Counted from the first letter of the stretch, positions 17,077-26,111 are shown. The stretch: DNA of 64,000 nt from Planctomycetota bacterium (GCA_016872915.1 VGYQ01000005.1:171-64170); one strand, 5' to 3'. A program made the numbers and translations. The notes: a model not told the origin generated them from the sequence alone.

Positions 17077-17826
17077 ATGCCACACCACACTGATGCTGGT
17101 CGGTTTTCTTCGTTGATCAAGCCAAAGTCTGAGGCAAGTCAGGAGCCGCGTCCATCCAAGCGCTTGATGGCGCAGCGGGCCGCGCGAGATCCTTCTGTTC
17201 GTGCGGCTCAAGTGCGCCGGGCCTATTTTGCGAGCGGTTCTAGCCAGCTACTGTGGAACATAGATCTTGAGGCGATTCTCACTCGCGTCTCTTCGGAGTG
17301 TGCGTGGAGTGAAAGAGTCGACCTTTGGATTGGGGACGTTGCGCTCGCCTGTGCATGCATCCGAGGAGATCAGTCCGCGTGGAGCGAATTGATCACGCGT
17401 CACATGCGCAGCCTCTGCGAAGGTGCCGAACTTCGGCTCTCACCCCAGCAGTCTCGCCTTCTCGTGGAGCGATTCATCCGGGAACTGCGCGCTGCAACGC
17501 TCGCTGTCGCTCAGCGAGGGAACACCGAACTGCCCCGCGACAGCACGAATGAACCGTCGCTCCACGACTATCACGGCGGTCAAACGATCGCCCGTTGGCT
17601 GTTGGCCCACATTCTTGCACGCGTCGAGAGGATGCCGCTGGGGCTCCCGCTGTCACTTCCTGGTGGTTACGGTGAGCAGCCAGTTGCTCGCAGTTTCAAG
17701 CGCAAGGCTCCACCCATGCTCGGCGTGGAGTCAGAAGCAGTCGCATCGATTCTTGACAGCGCTCTTGCTCCGCGTACCCTCGCGTCTGACGCCCCTGCTT
17801 CCGAGCGGGTGCCGCAGGCAACATAG
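17077..17826 (+). CDS. Hypothetical protein with an ECF-sigma region-2-like segment and no recognisable region 4
   Basis: AGGAG at 17068-17072 precedes the ATG at 17077. IRGDQSAWSELITRH and HDYHGGQTIARWLLAHILARV resemble sigma-70 regions 2.1-2.4. The C-terminus is Pro/Ala/Ser-rich. Stop TAG 17824-17826 lies inside tRNA-Phe. Start and coding status are uncertain. Confidence 0.35.
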   Translation: MPHHTDAGRFSSLIKPKSEASQEPRPSKRLMAQRAARDPSVRAAQVRRAYFASGSSQLLWNIDLEAILTRVSSECAWSERVDLWIGDVALACACIRGDQSAWSELITRHMRSLCEGAELRLSPQQSRLLVERFIRELRAATLAVAQRGNTELPRDSTNEPSLHDYHGGQTIARWLLAHILARVERMPLGLPLSLPGGYGEQPVARSFKRKAPPMLGVESEAVASILDSALAPRTLASDAPASERVPQAT

Positions 17827-17889
17827 CTCAGTTGGTAGAGCATCGCACTGAAAATGCGAGTGTCCCCGGTTCAAGTCCGGGTGTTGCCA
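17817..17889 (+). tRNA. tRNA-Phe (anticodon GAA)
   Basis: Acceptor GGCAACA/TGTTGCC, D-arm GCTC-AGTTGGTA-GAGC, anticodon arm TCGCA-CTGAAAA-TGCGA, T-arm CCCGG-TTCAAGT-CCGGG, discriminator A. Confidence 0.92.
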
Positions 17890-18437
17890 TTCACACCGTG
17901 CAGCGACTGCACCGTCCGCACATCCAGTCCATCCATCGGATAGTGCGTTTCGAGTGCGCTGCTGAGTTCGTGGGAGTCCACCACAACAAAGATGGCGGGC
18001 AATCCAAGCACACTACTGGCGAATCTGCACGCGCGAGTCAGGTGCGCAGGTGTCGTTGCGGCGACGATCGCGCCATGCTCGAAGCGCAGTGGAAAGAACC
18101 GAAACTGCCACGCCTGACGTGCCGTCACGAGCGCCGCGGCATTTGCATCCACGCGTGCAAAGTCCGCATCGAATGTGTGGGCAAGCGCTCGGTACTGATC
18201 GGTCCACGCGCCTTCAATGATGGTCGGATCGATCCCGAACATTTCTTCGCAGAGCACACCGAAAGGACGATCCTGCATCTGCTGCCTCTCCAAGACCGCA
18301 TCCACCTCACTTTGTCGCAGGATTCCCTGCGCAACGAGCAATTCGCCGATTCGTGGGACGCGCATCTGCGGACGCACTGCAGAGCGTTCAGAGGTTGTTG
18401 TCGTGGCACTTCGCACGACAGGTGGATCGGCGACCAC
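17871..18437 (-). CDS. Stand-alone GspE/MshE N-terminal-like (T2SSE_N / MshEN) domain protein
   Basis: RIGELLVAQGILRQSEVDAVLERQ fits the 24-residue MshEN motif. A degenerate second copy follows after a 5-residue spacer. No ATPase domain. GTG at 18437; ATG at 18365 (MRVPRIGELL) is the more likely start. The 3' end overlaps tRNA-Phe by 19 nt on the opposite strand. Confidence 0.6.
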   Translation of the reverse strand: MVADPPVVRSATTTTSERSAVRPQMRVPRIGELLVAQGILRQSEVDAVLERQQMQDRPFGVLCEEMFGIDPTIIEGAWTDQYRALAHTFDADFARVDANAAALVTARQAWQFRFFPLRFEHGAIVAATTPAHLTRACRFASSVLGLPAIFVVVDSHELSSALETHYPMDGLDVRTVQSLHGVNGNTRT

Positions 18438-18514
18438 ACATCGTCACTTTGGGCAACCATCGAATTTCTTTGCAAGTTTCACACCGCCACTCCGTTGCCC
18501 ATGGCTCGATAACC

Positions 18515-19438
18515 ATGCCCCCCCCTCCTCCTGATCATGCAACACGAGCCCTTCGTTGGCTCTCCACGCGGAAAGCTCGCTCACTCCGACCCATGGCGCG
18601 ACGGATTGAGCGGGCCGCGGGGAATCCGCGCTTGCAGGCAGCCCTCGCCTCAGAGGCTCGACTCGCACGGACACTCGTCAACGCCGGCTTCGATGTGGGC
18701 AGCGAAGTACCGACGCCGACAGGACGCGCATGCGATCTTGTGGCTCGCAAGAACGATGTGCTGCTTCACTTCCATGTCAAGAGCATCGAAGACGAACATC
18801 TCTCAGTTGCACGCTCCATGCGAATGCCACGTGTGATTCACGCGCTCGAGCGCATCGAGCGGAGGCTGGAGGTGGAAATCGTCTGGCGCAGCAGACTTTC
18901 GGCATCGTCACTCAAGGCGCTGTCGGCAAACTTCGCCAACTTTCTGACGCGCGCAAGCATCGGTGATGAGCACTCAGTCTGCGGGCAGGATGGACGGATG
19001 CAAGGTCGCTGCCGCGTGCGCTGTGCGCATGAGGGACCATGCATACGCCTCCATGTCGGCATTGCCGATGACCGCGCTGCGATCATCGAACGAATGGACC
19101 GGCTGATGCGAAAGGCTCGCGCGCAGTTCCTCGCAGGAGGTGAAAACATCATCGTGCTGATGGGTGAGGAGCGACTCCAGTGGCTCTTCGCGCAGGCGCT
19201 GCTGGGAACCCCGATTGAGCGCTGGGATCGTCTCCCCCGTCGCGGTGAGCGCATCGCCATCGGACGCGCATCGGATGGATTCTGGAAACCGGGGCGCGAC
19301 CTGACCAGTCGAATCGCCGCATGGCAGTCGATTGACTCGACTCGCGCATCATCCGTCGCGTGGTTCCGAGCATGCGGCACGAGCCGTGTACGGGGCGAGT
19401 GCCGCGCGCTCTTCGACCGCTGCAATGAAGTGGAGTGA
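18515..19438 (+). CDS. Hypothetical protein, no recognisable domain
   Basis: ATG at 18515 (MPPPPPDHATRAL...). The ORF-track start at 18353 overlaps the divergent gene. Coding-like codon usage, Arg/Ala-rich. Confidence 0.45.
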   Translation: MPPPPPDHATRALRWLSTRKARSLRPMARRIERAAGNPRLQAALASEARLARTLVNAGFDVGSEVPTPTGRACDLVARKNDVLLHFHVKSIEDEHLSVARSMRMPRVIHALERIERRLEVEIVWRSRLSASSLKALSANFANFLTRASIGDEHSVCGQDGRMQGRCRVRCAHEGPCIRLHVGIADDRAAIIERMDRLMRKARAQFLAGGENIIVLMGEERLQWLFAQALLGTPIERWDRLPRRGERIAIGRASDGFWKPGRDLTSRIAAWQSIDSTRASSVAWFRACGTSRVRGECRALFDRCNEVE

Positions 19439-19446
19439 GTCCGGTT

Positions 19447-20859
19447 TTATTCACCGACACCGAACAGTCGCTCATGCGGCGGGACCCGTTCGCCTGCCCG
19501 GTCGTTGGCGGGGGGCCAAAGACGAGCAAGTGCGGTGTGCGGCGGTTCGCCATCCACGGTGAAGGGAACGCCTCCAGCGAGCAGATACTCGATGTGTCGC
19601 TGTGCCACACATGTTCGGAGAATGCAGTGCGCCTCATCCCATTCGCGCGAGAGCACTTTGGTGCGTGACTCCAGGAAGTCGACGGCTCTGCCCTCACGAA
19701 GCGGAAGGCGAATCGTGACTTCATGGAGGTTCCCAAGCAGCGTTTGTCGTACTCGGTCGGTCAAACGCTCCAATCCAAATCCCGTACGCGCCGACACGGC
19801 GATCGCGGAGGCTTCCGCAGTTGTCCACGCAGGCAGCGTGCCGGCGCTGGGGACTTTGGACAATCGATCAACCTGGTTGAGCACCACGATCCGCGGCTGC
19901 TGGGTCGCGCCAATCTCGCTGAGCACCATCCGTACCGTCTCCAACTGCTGCGGGGCGCGTGGGTCCGCTGCGTCCACGACGACCAGAAGCAGATGTGCGT
20001 GAACGGTCTCCTCGAGTGTCGCACGGAAACTGGCGACCAGATGGTGTGGAAGTCGTTGAATAAATCCGACCGTGTCCGACAACAGCGCGGTGTTGCCACC
20101 CCCGAGATTCCATGCCTCCGTCCGCGTTTGCAGCGTGGCAAAGAGTTGATCATTGGCAAATGCCCCGCCAGCAGTCAGTGCATTGAAGAGTGTGCTCTTC
20201 CCTGCGTTCGTGTAGCCCACCAGGCCAACGGTGAAGTGCTCGGCTCGGCGCGCCTGAACCTCGCGCGTCTTGCGCGCCTGTACTTCCGCGAGTTCCCGCT
20301 TCAACGCGACAATCCGTCGCGATACAAGACGGCGATCAATCTCCAGTTGCTGCTCGCCAGGACCGCGCGTTCCAACGCCCACGGGTGACCCACCCGTCAC
20401 CTGACCAAGGTGCGACCACATGGCTCGGAGTCGAGGCGCGGTGTATTCGAGCTGTGCGATCTCAACTTGCAGTTGTGCTGCACGGGACGTTGCCCGATTG
20501 GCGAAGATGTCCAAAATCAGCTCGCTCCGGTCGATCACCTTCTGACACACGGCTTCTTCGATGTTTCGGAGTTGACTCGGGCTCAGTTCATGATCGAAGA
20601 TCACGACCCCCGCGCCAAGTTCGTCCACCATCGCCTTCAACTCAGCGATCTTCCCCTTGCCGAGGCATGTCCGCGGATCCATGTCCGCACGGTTTTGAAT
20701 GAGTTGCCCCACCGTCTCGACAGCCGCTGTCTGCGCAAGGGCACGAAGTTCCGCAAGCGGATCATCGTTGGCTGCACGTGTATCGGAGCCGCCAAGCACC
20801 ACCGCAGCGAGCACTGCCCGCTCGGCTTGGATCGATCCGCCACGAAGTCCTGTTTCCAT
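19447..20859 (-). CDS. hflX: GTPase HflX
   Basis: HflX N-terminal domain plus G-domain motifs GYTNAGKSTLFNALT (G1), DTVGF (G3) and NQVD (G4). Confidence 0.9.
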   Translation of the reverse strand: METGLRGGSIQAERAVLAAVVLGGSDTRAANDDPLAELRALAQTAAVETVGQLIQNRADMDPRTCLGKGKIAELKAMVDELGAGVVIFDHELSPSQLRNIEEAVCQKVIDRSELILDIFANRATSRAAQLQVEIAQLEYTAPRLRAMWSHLGQVTGGSPVGVGTRGPGEQQLEIDRRLVSRRIVALKRELAEVQARKTREVQARRAEHFTVGLVGYTNAGKSTLFNALTAGGAFANDQLFATLQTRTEAWNLGGGNTALLSDTVGFIQRLPHHLVASFRATLEETVHAHLLLVVVDAADPRAPQQLETVRMVLSEIGATQQPRIVVLNQVDRLSKVPSAGTLPAWTTAEASAIAVSARTGFGLERLTDRVRQTLLGNLHEVTIRLPLREGRAVDFLESRTKVLSREWDEAHCILRTCVAQRHIEYLLAGGVPFTVDGEPPHTALARLWPPANDRAGERVPPHERLFGVGE

Positions 20860-20898
20860 TCCCCGCAGTCTAGGCAGCGAGGGCTACGCTCTCCTTCC

Positions 20899-21924
20899 AT
20901 GAAGGTCCTGGGCATCGAGAGCAGTTGCGACGAAACATCGGCTTCGGTCGTCGAGATCGGAAGCGATGCCCTTCGAGTCTGCTCCTGCGCGACCGCAAGC
21001 CAAGACGCACTGCATGAGGAGTACCGCGGCGTCGTCCCTGAGATTGCCAGCCGCGCGCATCTGGAGTGCATCGTGCCCGTCGTTCGCGCTGCGCTCCGCG
21101 AAGCGGGCGTGACGCTTGGCTCCATCTCGGGTGTCGCCAGTGGAACGCGACCAGGATTGATCGGGTCGCTCCTCGTCGGCACGAGTGCTGCAAAGGCCAT
21201 CGCGTGGGCCAGCGGGCGCCCATTTGTCGGCGTGGATCATGTTGCCGCTCATCTCGTGGCCTGCCTGCTCGATCGCCCACCGATTGCATGGCCCGCCCTT
21301 GGACTCGTGGTTTCCGGTGGACATACGAGCCTCTTCTCGATGCAGAGCCCGCTCGAACCCGTGCTGCTCGGTGCGACCATCGACGACGCTGCGGGCGAGG
21401 CATTTGACAAGGCGGCTGCAATCCTCGGCGTGGGCTACCCAGGTGGCGCTCGCCTTGATCTGGCTGCGGAGCGGGGCGATGCCGGGCTCATTCCCCTGCC
21501 GCGCACCCGCCTCCGCGGGCATGACTTCTCCTTCAGTGGCCTCAAAACCGCACTCGCCCTTGCGCAACAGCGTGCACCGAAGGAAACAGACGCGCTGGCC
21601 GCGTCATTTCGACTGGCAGTCGTTGACCAGCTGCTCGACCGCACGTGGAGAGCAAGCGAGGAAGTTGCCGCACGCACGCTGCTCGTTGGCGGCGGTGTCG
21701 CTGCGAATGCGCTGCTGCGGCGCGAACTGACGCGCGGATGCGAAATACGAGGCATCGATCTGCGGCTGAGCGAGCCTCGCTACTGCACGGACAACGCCGC
21801 GATGATCGCGGCAACTGGAGCGCTGCGGCTCCAGCGGGGCGAACGCGACGGTTGGGAGACGGTCGCGGAACCGCTCTCCTCACTCGCGCGCGGTCGCCGC
21901 GGTGAGCGTCGACGCATAGGGTGA
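20899..21924 (+). CDS. tsaD: tRNA N6-adenosine threonylcarbamoyltransferase TsaD
   Basis: MKVLGIESSCDETSASVV, GVDHVAAHL, SGGHTSL and VGGGVAAN are Kae1/TsaD signatures. The ORF-track start at 20410 is antisense to hflX. Confidence 0.9.
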   Translation: MKVLGIESSCDETSASVVEIGSDALRVCSCATASQDALHEEYRGVVPEIASRAHLECIVPVVRAALREAGVTLGSISGVASGTRPGLIGSLLVGTSAAKAIAWASGRPFVGVDHVAAHLVACLLDRPPIAWPALGLVVSGGHTSLFSMQSPLEPVLLGATIDDAAGEAFDKAAAILGVGYPGGARLDLAAERGDAGLIPLPRTRLRGHDFSFSGLKTALALAQQRAPKETDALAASFRLAVVDQLLDRTWRASEEVAARTLLVGGGVAANALLRRELTRGCEIRGIDLRLSEPRYCTDNAAMIAATGALRLQRGERDGWETVAEPLSSLARGRRGERRRIG

Positions 21925-21930
21925 AGTGCC

Positions 21931-22470
21931 GTGGAACCACCGCGTGGCATCGATCATCCCGCATGCATGCCCACTGTGGATTTGCTGGCACTCTGCGAGA
22001 CGCGGACAGGCAGAGTTGGCGGGCCGGGCGGTCAACACAGGAACAAAGTGGAGACCGCGTGCTTCCTGACCCACACACCAACTGGGGTTCGCGCCCAGGC
22101 GAGCGAGCGTCGGAGCCTCGCCGAAAATCGCTCGGTCGCAGTGCATCGACTGCGTATCGCTCTGGCAGTCCAGATTCGATCCGCCTCTTCGCAGCAGCCG
22201 CACGCGGTGTCTCGTGGCGCGAGTGCGTTGTGGCTTTCGCGGTGTGCTGGTGGGCGCATTCGCTGTGCGACAGAGCACGCCGACTTTCCATCGATGCTCG
22301 CCGAGGCACTCGACGCATGGAACATTGCCCTCGGCGATGGGAAGCGAGCCGCAGCCATCTTGCAGGTGACGGCCACGCAACTGGCGCGCTTCACCGCACG
22401 CGAGCCGGGCGCTTGGGCGGCGGTACAGGCACTTCGGAAGCAGCACGATCGGGCGCCGCTTCGTATCTGA
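21931..22470 (+). CDS. RF-1-domain (GGQ motif) peptidyl-tRNA hydrolase-like protein with an atypical C-terminal domain
   Basis: GGPGGQHRNKVETA motif. GTG at 21931 or ATG at 21967. The roughly 100-aa C-terminal region is not the short basic tail of ArfB. Confidence 0.6.
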   Translation: MEPPRGIDHPACMPTVDLLALCETRTGRVGGPGGQHRNKVETACFLTHTPTGVRAQASERRSLAENRSVAVHRLRIALAVQIRSASSQQPHAVSRGASALWLSRCAGGRIRCATEHADFPSMLAEALDAWNIALGDGKRAAAILQVTATQLARFTAREPGAWAAVQALRKQHDRAPLRI

Positions 22471-22582
22471 ATCGAGCACGAGAACCCGTGCGGTGCCATT
22501 GGAGCCCCACAATCTTCTTCTATCTGCGGAAACTCCTTGCTTTTGCTTTGACTGCGGCATCATCTCGGTGTCTACTCCGAGG

Positions 22583-24889
22583 ATGCGACCCGCTCACCCG
22601 GCTCGTTTCCTGGCAGCAGCAACGGTCGTTCTTCTGGCCGGTCCGGTTCTCGCACAACAGCCGAACCGCATCCCGCAGCCACCCATCCGTTCTTTCGTGC
22701 GTCTGGAGTCGCCTCTTCGTGAGGTCCCTGCGCAAGAGCTTGGCGCACGTGGCGTAGTGCCCGGACATTTGCAAGGCATCGTTGCGCTGCTTGAAGTGGA
22801 CGAGAAGAACTGGCAGACACTCTCTGCGGCGGAGGATGCGCTGTTGACTGGTCTTCCGATTGCGCCCGGACAGACTGTGGATGCCCTGGTGCACCGCCGA
22901 AGTCCGTTCGAAGGCACGCAGGTGGTTTCGGCATCGCTCAATGCCAAGGGGGAGATCGTGGATGTTCCGCTCGCGTTGCCAGCGCTCACCTGTTTCGGTG
23001 GTTCGCTCGTCGGCGATCCATCCTCGTGGGTCATGATCGCCAGACATGAGAGCTTTCTGATTGGATTCGTGATCACTGCGGAAGGACGCTGGATCATCTC
23101 AAGCGGCGCGGCCGACCAGAATGGACCGATCGTCGCATTTCGCCACAGCGCGCTTCCGCCAGGAACGCTGCGAACTCGAGACTGGAGCTGCGAGACCCTG
23201 CTGCCCCCCGACGATCGCGGCAACGCAGGTGGTGCAGGGCGTGGGGATGGTGGCGGCGATGAGGGCAGCATCGCAGGATCTGGCACGTGTCGGCAATCGC
23301 GGATCGCCGTTGAAACCGACCATGAGTTCCTTCTGCTCTTCGGTGGCAATCAGGGCGCAGCAGCGGCTTACGTCGCGACGCTGTTCAGCGCACTGACTGA
23401 CATCTATTCGCGCGATGTTGGACTGCGCCCAACCCCCTGCCTGATTCGACTTTGGCCAACGGCAAACGACCCGTGGGATGGAGCATCCACCAATGCGCAG
23501 CTCTCCCAGTTCCGATCTGTTTGGGAAGCGACGCCTCCAGCCGTGCAGCGCAACTCCGCCACCTTCCTCTCGGGTCGTGGACTCGGTGGCGGCGTCGCAT
23601 GGCTCAATGCAGGCTGTGGCAGTTTCGCGTACTCCTTGTCCGCAAATCTCGGCGGTTGGTTCCCCTATCCGCTGGTCGACAACAGCTGGGACAACTGGGA
23701 CATCATGGTTGTGGCCCACGAACTCGGTCACAACTACGGCGCGCCGCACACGCACAGCTACACCCCCCCCGCGGACGGCTGCGGATCGGATCCCCAGGAC
23801 TGCACCGCTGCAAACAACGATGAGGGCACCATCATGAGCTACTGCCACATCTGCGATGGGGGCATGTCGAATGTGGACATGCGTTTCCATCCGATGAGCA
23901 TCGGCTCGATCACTTCGTATATCGGCGGAGGCGCATGCAACTTCTCGTCGTCCGTGCAGCCACCCGCAGCGCTTCCGGACTACGCCACGTGCTTGACAGG
24001 AGCGGTCATCGACATCGATGTGCTCGCAAACGACCTCGCACTCAACTGCGATCCGATCACTTCCATATCGGTCGCGCAGCCCGGCGGCGGCGCATCCGCA
24101 GTCGTCGTACCAGGCGCAGGACCCAATGGACGCAGCATCGTGCGGTTCACTGCTCCAGGCGGCACCACCACCTCACTCACCTTCGCATACACCGTCGTGG
24201 AAGCAAGCGGACTGAGCAACTCCGCCAATATCACGGTCGACGTGGCCGCCTTACGCTACCCAGAGAACCCCGGCAACTCCGCACCGGGGGTGATCGTCAG
24301 CTACTACCAACTCGTGGCACCACAAGTCCTTCCTGATTTCACCACACTCACACAGTATGCAGGTGGCATCCTGAACGACATCAACTTTGCCAGCACGGGG
24401 GGAGCGTTTGCGACAAGTGGACGCGCCCAAGAGGTGGGCGCCGTCTTCCAAGGTTGGATCAACATTCCGACATCCGGGTTCTGGACTCTCTTCACGAACT
24501 CGGACGATGGTTCCCGACTCCTGATTGGAGACACGGTCGTCGTGAACAACGACGGCCTGCATGCGATGCTCGAGCGTTCCGGCACGATCGCACTTGCTGC
24601 CGGGAAACACGCCATTCGAGTCGAGTTCTTCGAGTACAGCGGTGGTGCAGGCCTCATCGCATCATGGCAGGGTCCGAGTGTGGCGAAGGCGGTGGTCCCA
24701 GCGTCCGCATGGTCGCGTGGCGGCACCTACAACTGGGCGGATATTGATCGCAGCGGAACGGTCAACGGCACCGACCTCTCGCTGCTGCTCGCCGCATGGG
24801 GCACGTTCAACATCCCCGCGGACATCAATCAAGACGGCCTCGTGTCGGGCGCGGATCTCTCGGCGCTCCTGGCGGCTTGGACCAACTGA
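22583..24889 (+). CDS. Secreted multidomain zinc metalloprotease (reprolysin/metzincin-like) with PA14-like domain and dockerin-like tail
   Basis: Signal peptide MRPAHPARFLAAATVVLLAGPVLAQQ. Zinc site VVAHELGHNYGAPH (HExxHxxGxxH). PA14-like GWINIPTSGFWTLFTNSDDGSRLLIGD...FFEYSGGAGL. C-terminus DIDRSGTVNGTDLSLLLAAWG...DINQDGLVSGADLSALLAAW. Confidence 0.8.
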   Translation: MRPAHPARFLAAATVVLLAGPVLAQQPNRIPQPPIRSFVRLESPLREVPAQELGARGVVPGHLQGIVALLEVDEKNWQTLSAAEDALLTGLPIAPGQTVDALVHRRSPFEGTQVVSASLNAKGEIVDVPLALPALTCFGGSLVGDPSSWVMIARHESFLIGFVITAEGRWIISSGAADQNGPIVAFRHSALPPGTLRTRDWSCETLLPPDDRGNAGGAGRGDGGGDEGSIAGSGTCRQSRIAVETDHEFLLLFGGNQGAAAAYVATLFSALTDIYSRDVGLRPTPCLIRLWPTANDPWDGASTNAQLSQFRSVWEATPPAVQRNSATFLSGRGLGGGVAWLNAGCGSFAYSLSANLGGWFPYPLVDNSWDNWDIMVVAHELGHNYGAPHTHSYTPPADGCGSDPQDCTAANNDEGTIMSYCHICDGGMSNVDMRFHPMSIGSITSYIGGGACNFSSSVQPPAALPDYATCLTGAVIDIDVLANDLALNCDPITSISVAQPGGGASAVVVPGAGPNGRSIVRFTAPGGTTTSLTFAYTVVEASGLSNSANITVDVAALRYPENPGNSAPGVIVSYYQLVAPQVLPDFTTLTQYAGGILNDINFASTGGAFATSGRAQEVGAVFQGWINIPTSGFWTLFTNSDDGSRLLIGDTVVVNNDGLHAMLERSGTIALAAGKHAIRVEFFEYSGGAGLIASWQGPSVAKAVVPASAWSRGGTYNWADIDRSGTVNGTDLSLLLAAWGTFNIPADINQDGLVSGADLSALLAAWTN

Positions 24890-24932
24890 ACGAACGCCGC
24901 GCGAACGGCGATGGAGTTCCGCATGCGGCCGC

Positions 24933-26015
24933 TCAGCGTGCGAGTGCTGCGGTCTTGCCCTCAATTGCGCCGATCAGTTCCTTCCAACTCTTGTCAAACG
25001 CGTCGCGCCCCTCGATCTGCAACTCCGCCGAGCAGCGATCGAGATCGATGCCCGCCTTGGTGACCGCATCGAGCGTCGCCTGCCAGGAGCGATCAGTCGG
25101 CGCAAGCACTGTTGGCAAATCCATGCCGCGGCTTACCGCAAGCAGTGTCTCCTCTGGCATTGTGTTCACCGTGCGCGGAGCAGCGAGCGCCTGTACATAC
25201 AGCGTTGGCGAAAGACTTGGATCCTTGGTGCTCGTGCTGGCAAAAAGCAGCCGCTGCGTACGCGCACCCGCCGCCTCGAGGGCGAGCCACCGATCGCTGG
25301 AGTACAGCGCGCAGTACTCGCTGTAGCACTTGCGGCACACAGCCACGCCAACCGTGTTCTTCAGATTCGCGGGCAGTTTCGGTGCGGTCTTGCGATCCCA
25401 CCGAGAGACGAACAGACTTGCCACGCCACTCACAACGCCGAGCGGCAGTTTCGCGGCGAGGCGCCGCTCAAGACCTCGCATGTATGCCTCCGCCGCGGCG
25501 CGGCAGTGCTCCGGCGAGAACAGCAGCGTGACATTGACGGAGATCCCCGCGAAAGTCAGTTCCTCGATGGCGGGAATGCCCTCGGGCGTTCCTGGAACCT
25601 TGATGTACAGATTTGGACGCCCCGCCTTCGCATGAAGTTCGCGTGCTTGCGCAAGAGTCGCCTTCGTGTCATTCGCAAGAAGTGGCGACACCTCGAGCGA
25701 CACCCAACCGTCCAGACCGCCCGTGCGTTCATGAACGCCGCGAAACAGGTCGCATGCTCGCGTGAGATCAGTGATGGCGCACTCAAAGAACACCTGCTCA
25801 GCAGGGAGTCCCTTCGCCGCAAGCGCCGAGACCTGCGTGTCATAATCACTCGACCCCGTCACCGCCTTCTCGAAGATCGATGGGTTCGAAGTGAGACCAA
25901 CGACCGAGAGATCGCGGATCCACTGCGCAAGTTGTCCTGAATCGAGCAGCTTGCGGGTGATGTTGTCGAGCCAAATCGACTGGCCAGTCATGCTGAGGAG
26001 CGCGGTGGATTTCAT
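24933..26015 (-). CDS. tal: Transaldolase
   Basis: [32 protein letters not shown] (Schiff-base Lys context). ATG at 26015; the upstream extension in the ORF track was trimmed. Confidence 0.85.
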   Translation of the reverse strand: MKSTALLSMTGQSIWLDNITRKLLDSGQLAQWIRDLSVVGLTSNPSIFEKAVTGSSDYDTQVSALAAKGLPAEQVFFECAITDLTRACDLFRGVHERTGGLDGWVSLEVSPLLANDTKATLAQARELHAKAGRPNLYIKVPGTPEGIPAIEELTFAGISVNVTLLFSPEHCRAAAEAYMRGLERRLAAKLPLGVVSGVASLFVSRWDRKTAPKLPANLKNTVGVAVCRKCYSEYCALYSSDRWLALEAAGARTQRLLFASTSTKDPSLSPTLYVQALAAPRTVNTMPEETLLAVSRGMDLPTVLAPTDRSWQATLDAVTKAGIDLDRCSAELQIEGRDAFDKSWKELIGAIEGKTAALAR

Positions 26016-26111
26016 GATCAAGAGAATAGCAAGGAGAACACCGCTTCCTTCGCGCTGCAAAGTTGCAGTTTCGTGAAGGTCTCCAACCAAGGCTGTCCTT
26101 ATATTGCCCCT

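Noticed and set aside
18700-18790. PD-(D/E)XK nuclease-like pattern (ACDLV…LHFHVKS) in the 18515..19438 protein
   Set aside because: The (D/E)-x-K position reads H-V-K, so the acidic residue is missing. This is too weak to call a nuclease.
17889-19446. Possible tRNA-Phe-linked genomic islet
   Set aside because: No integrase or recombinase, no repeat of the tRNA 3' end that I could find, and no obvious compositional break. Treated as ordinary chromosome.
24914-24930. Palindrome CCGCATGCGG between the protease gene and tal as a terminator
   Set aside because: It has no loop and no U-tract, so it cannot form a functional intrinsic terminator.
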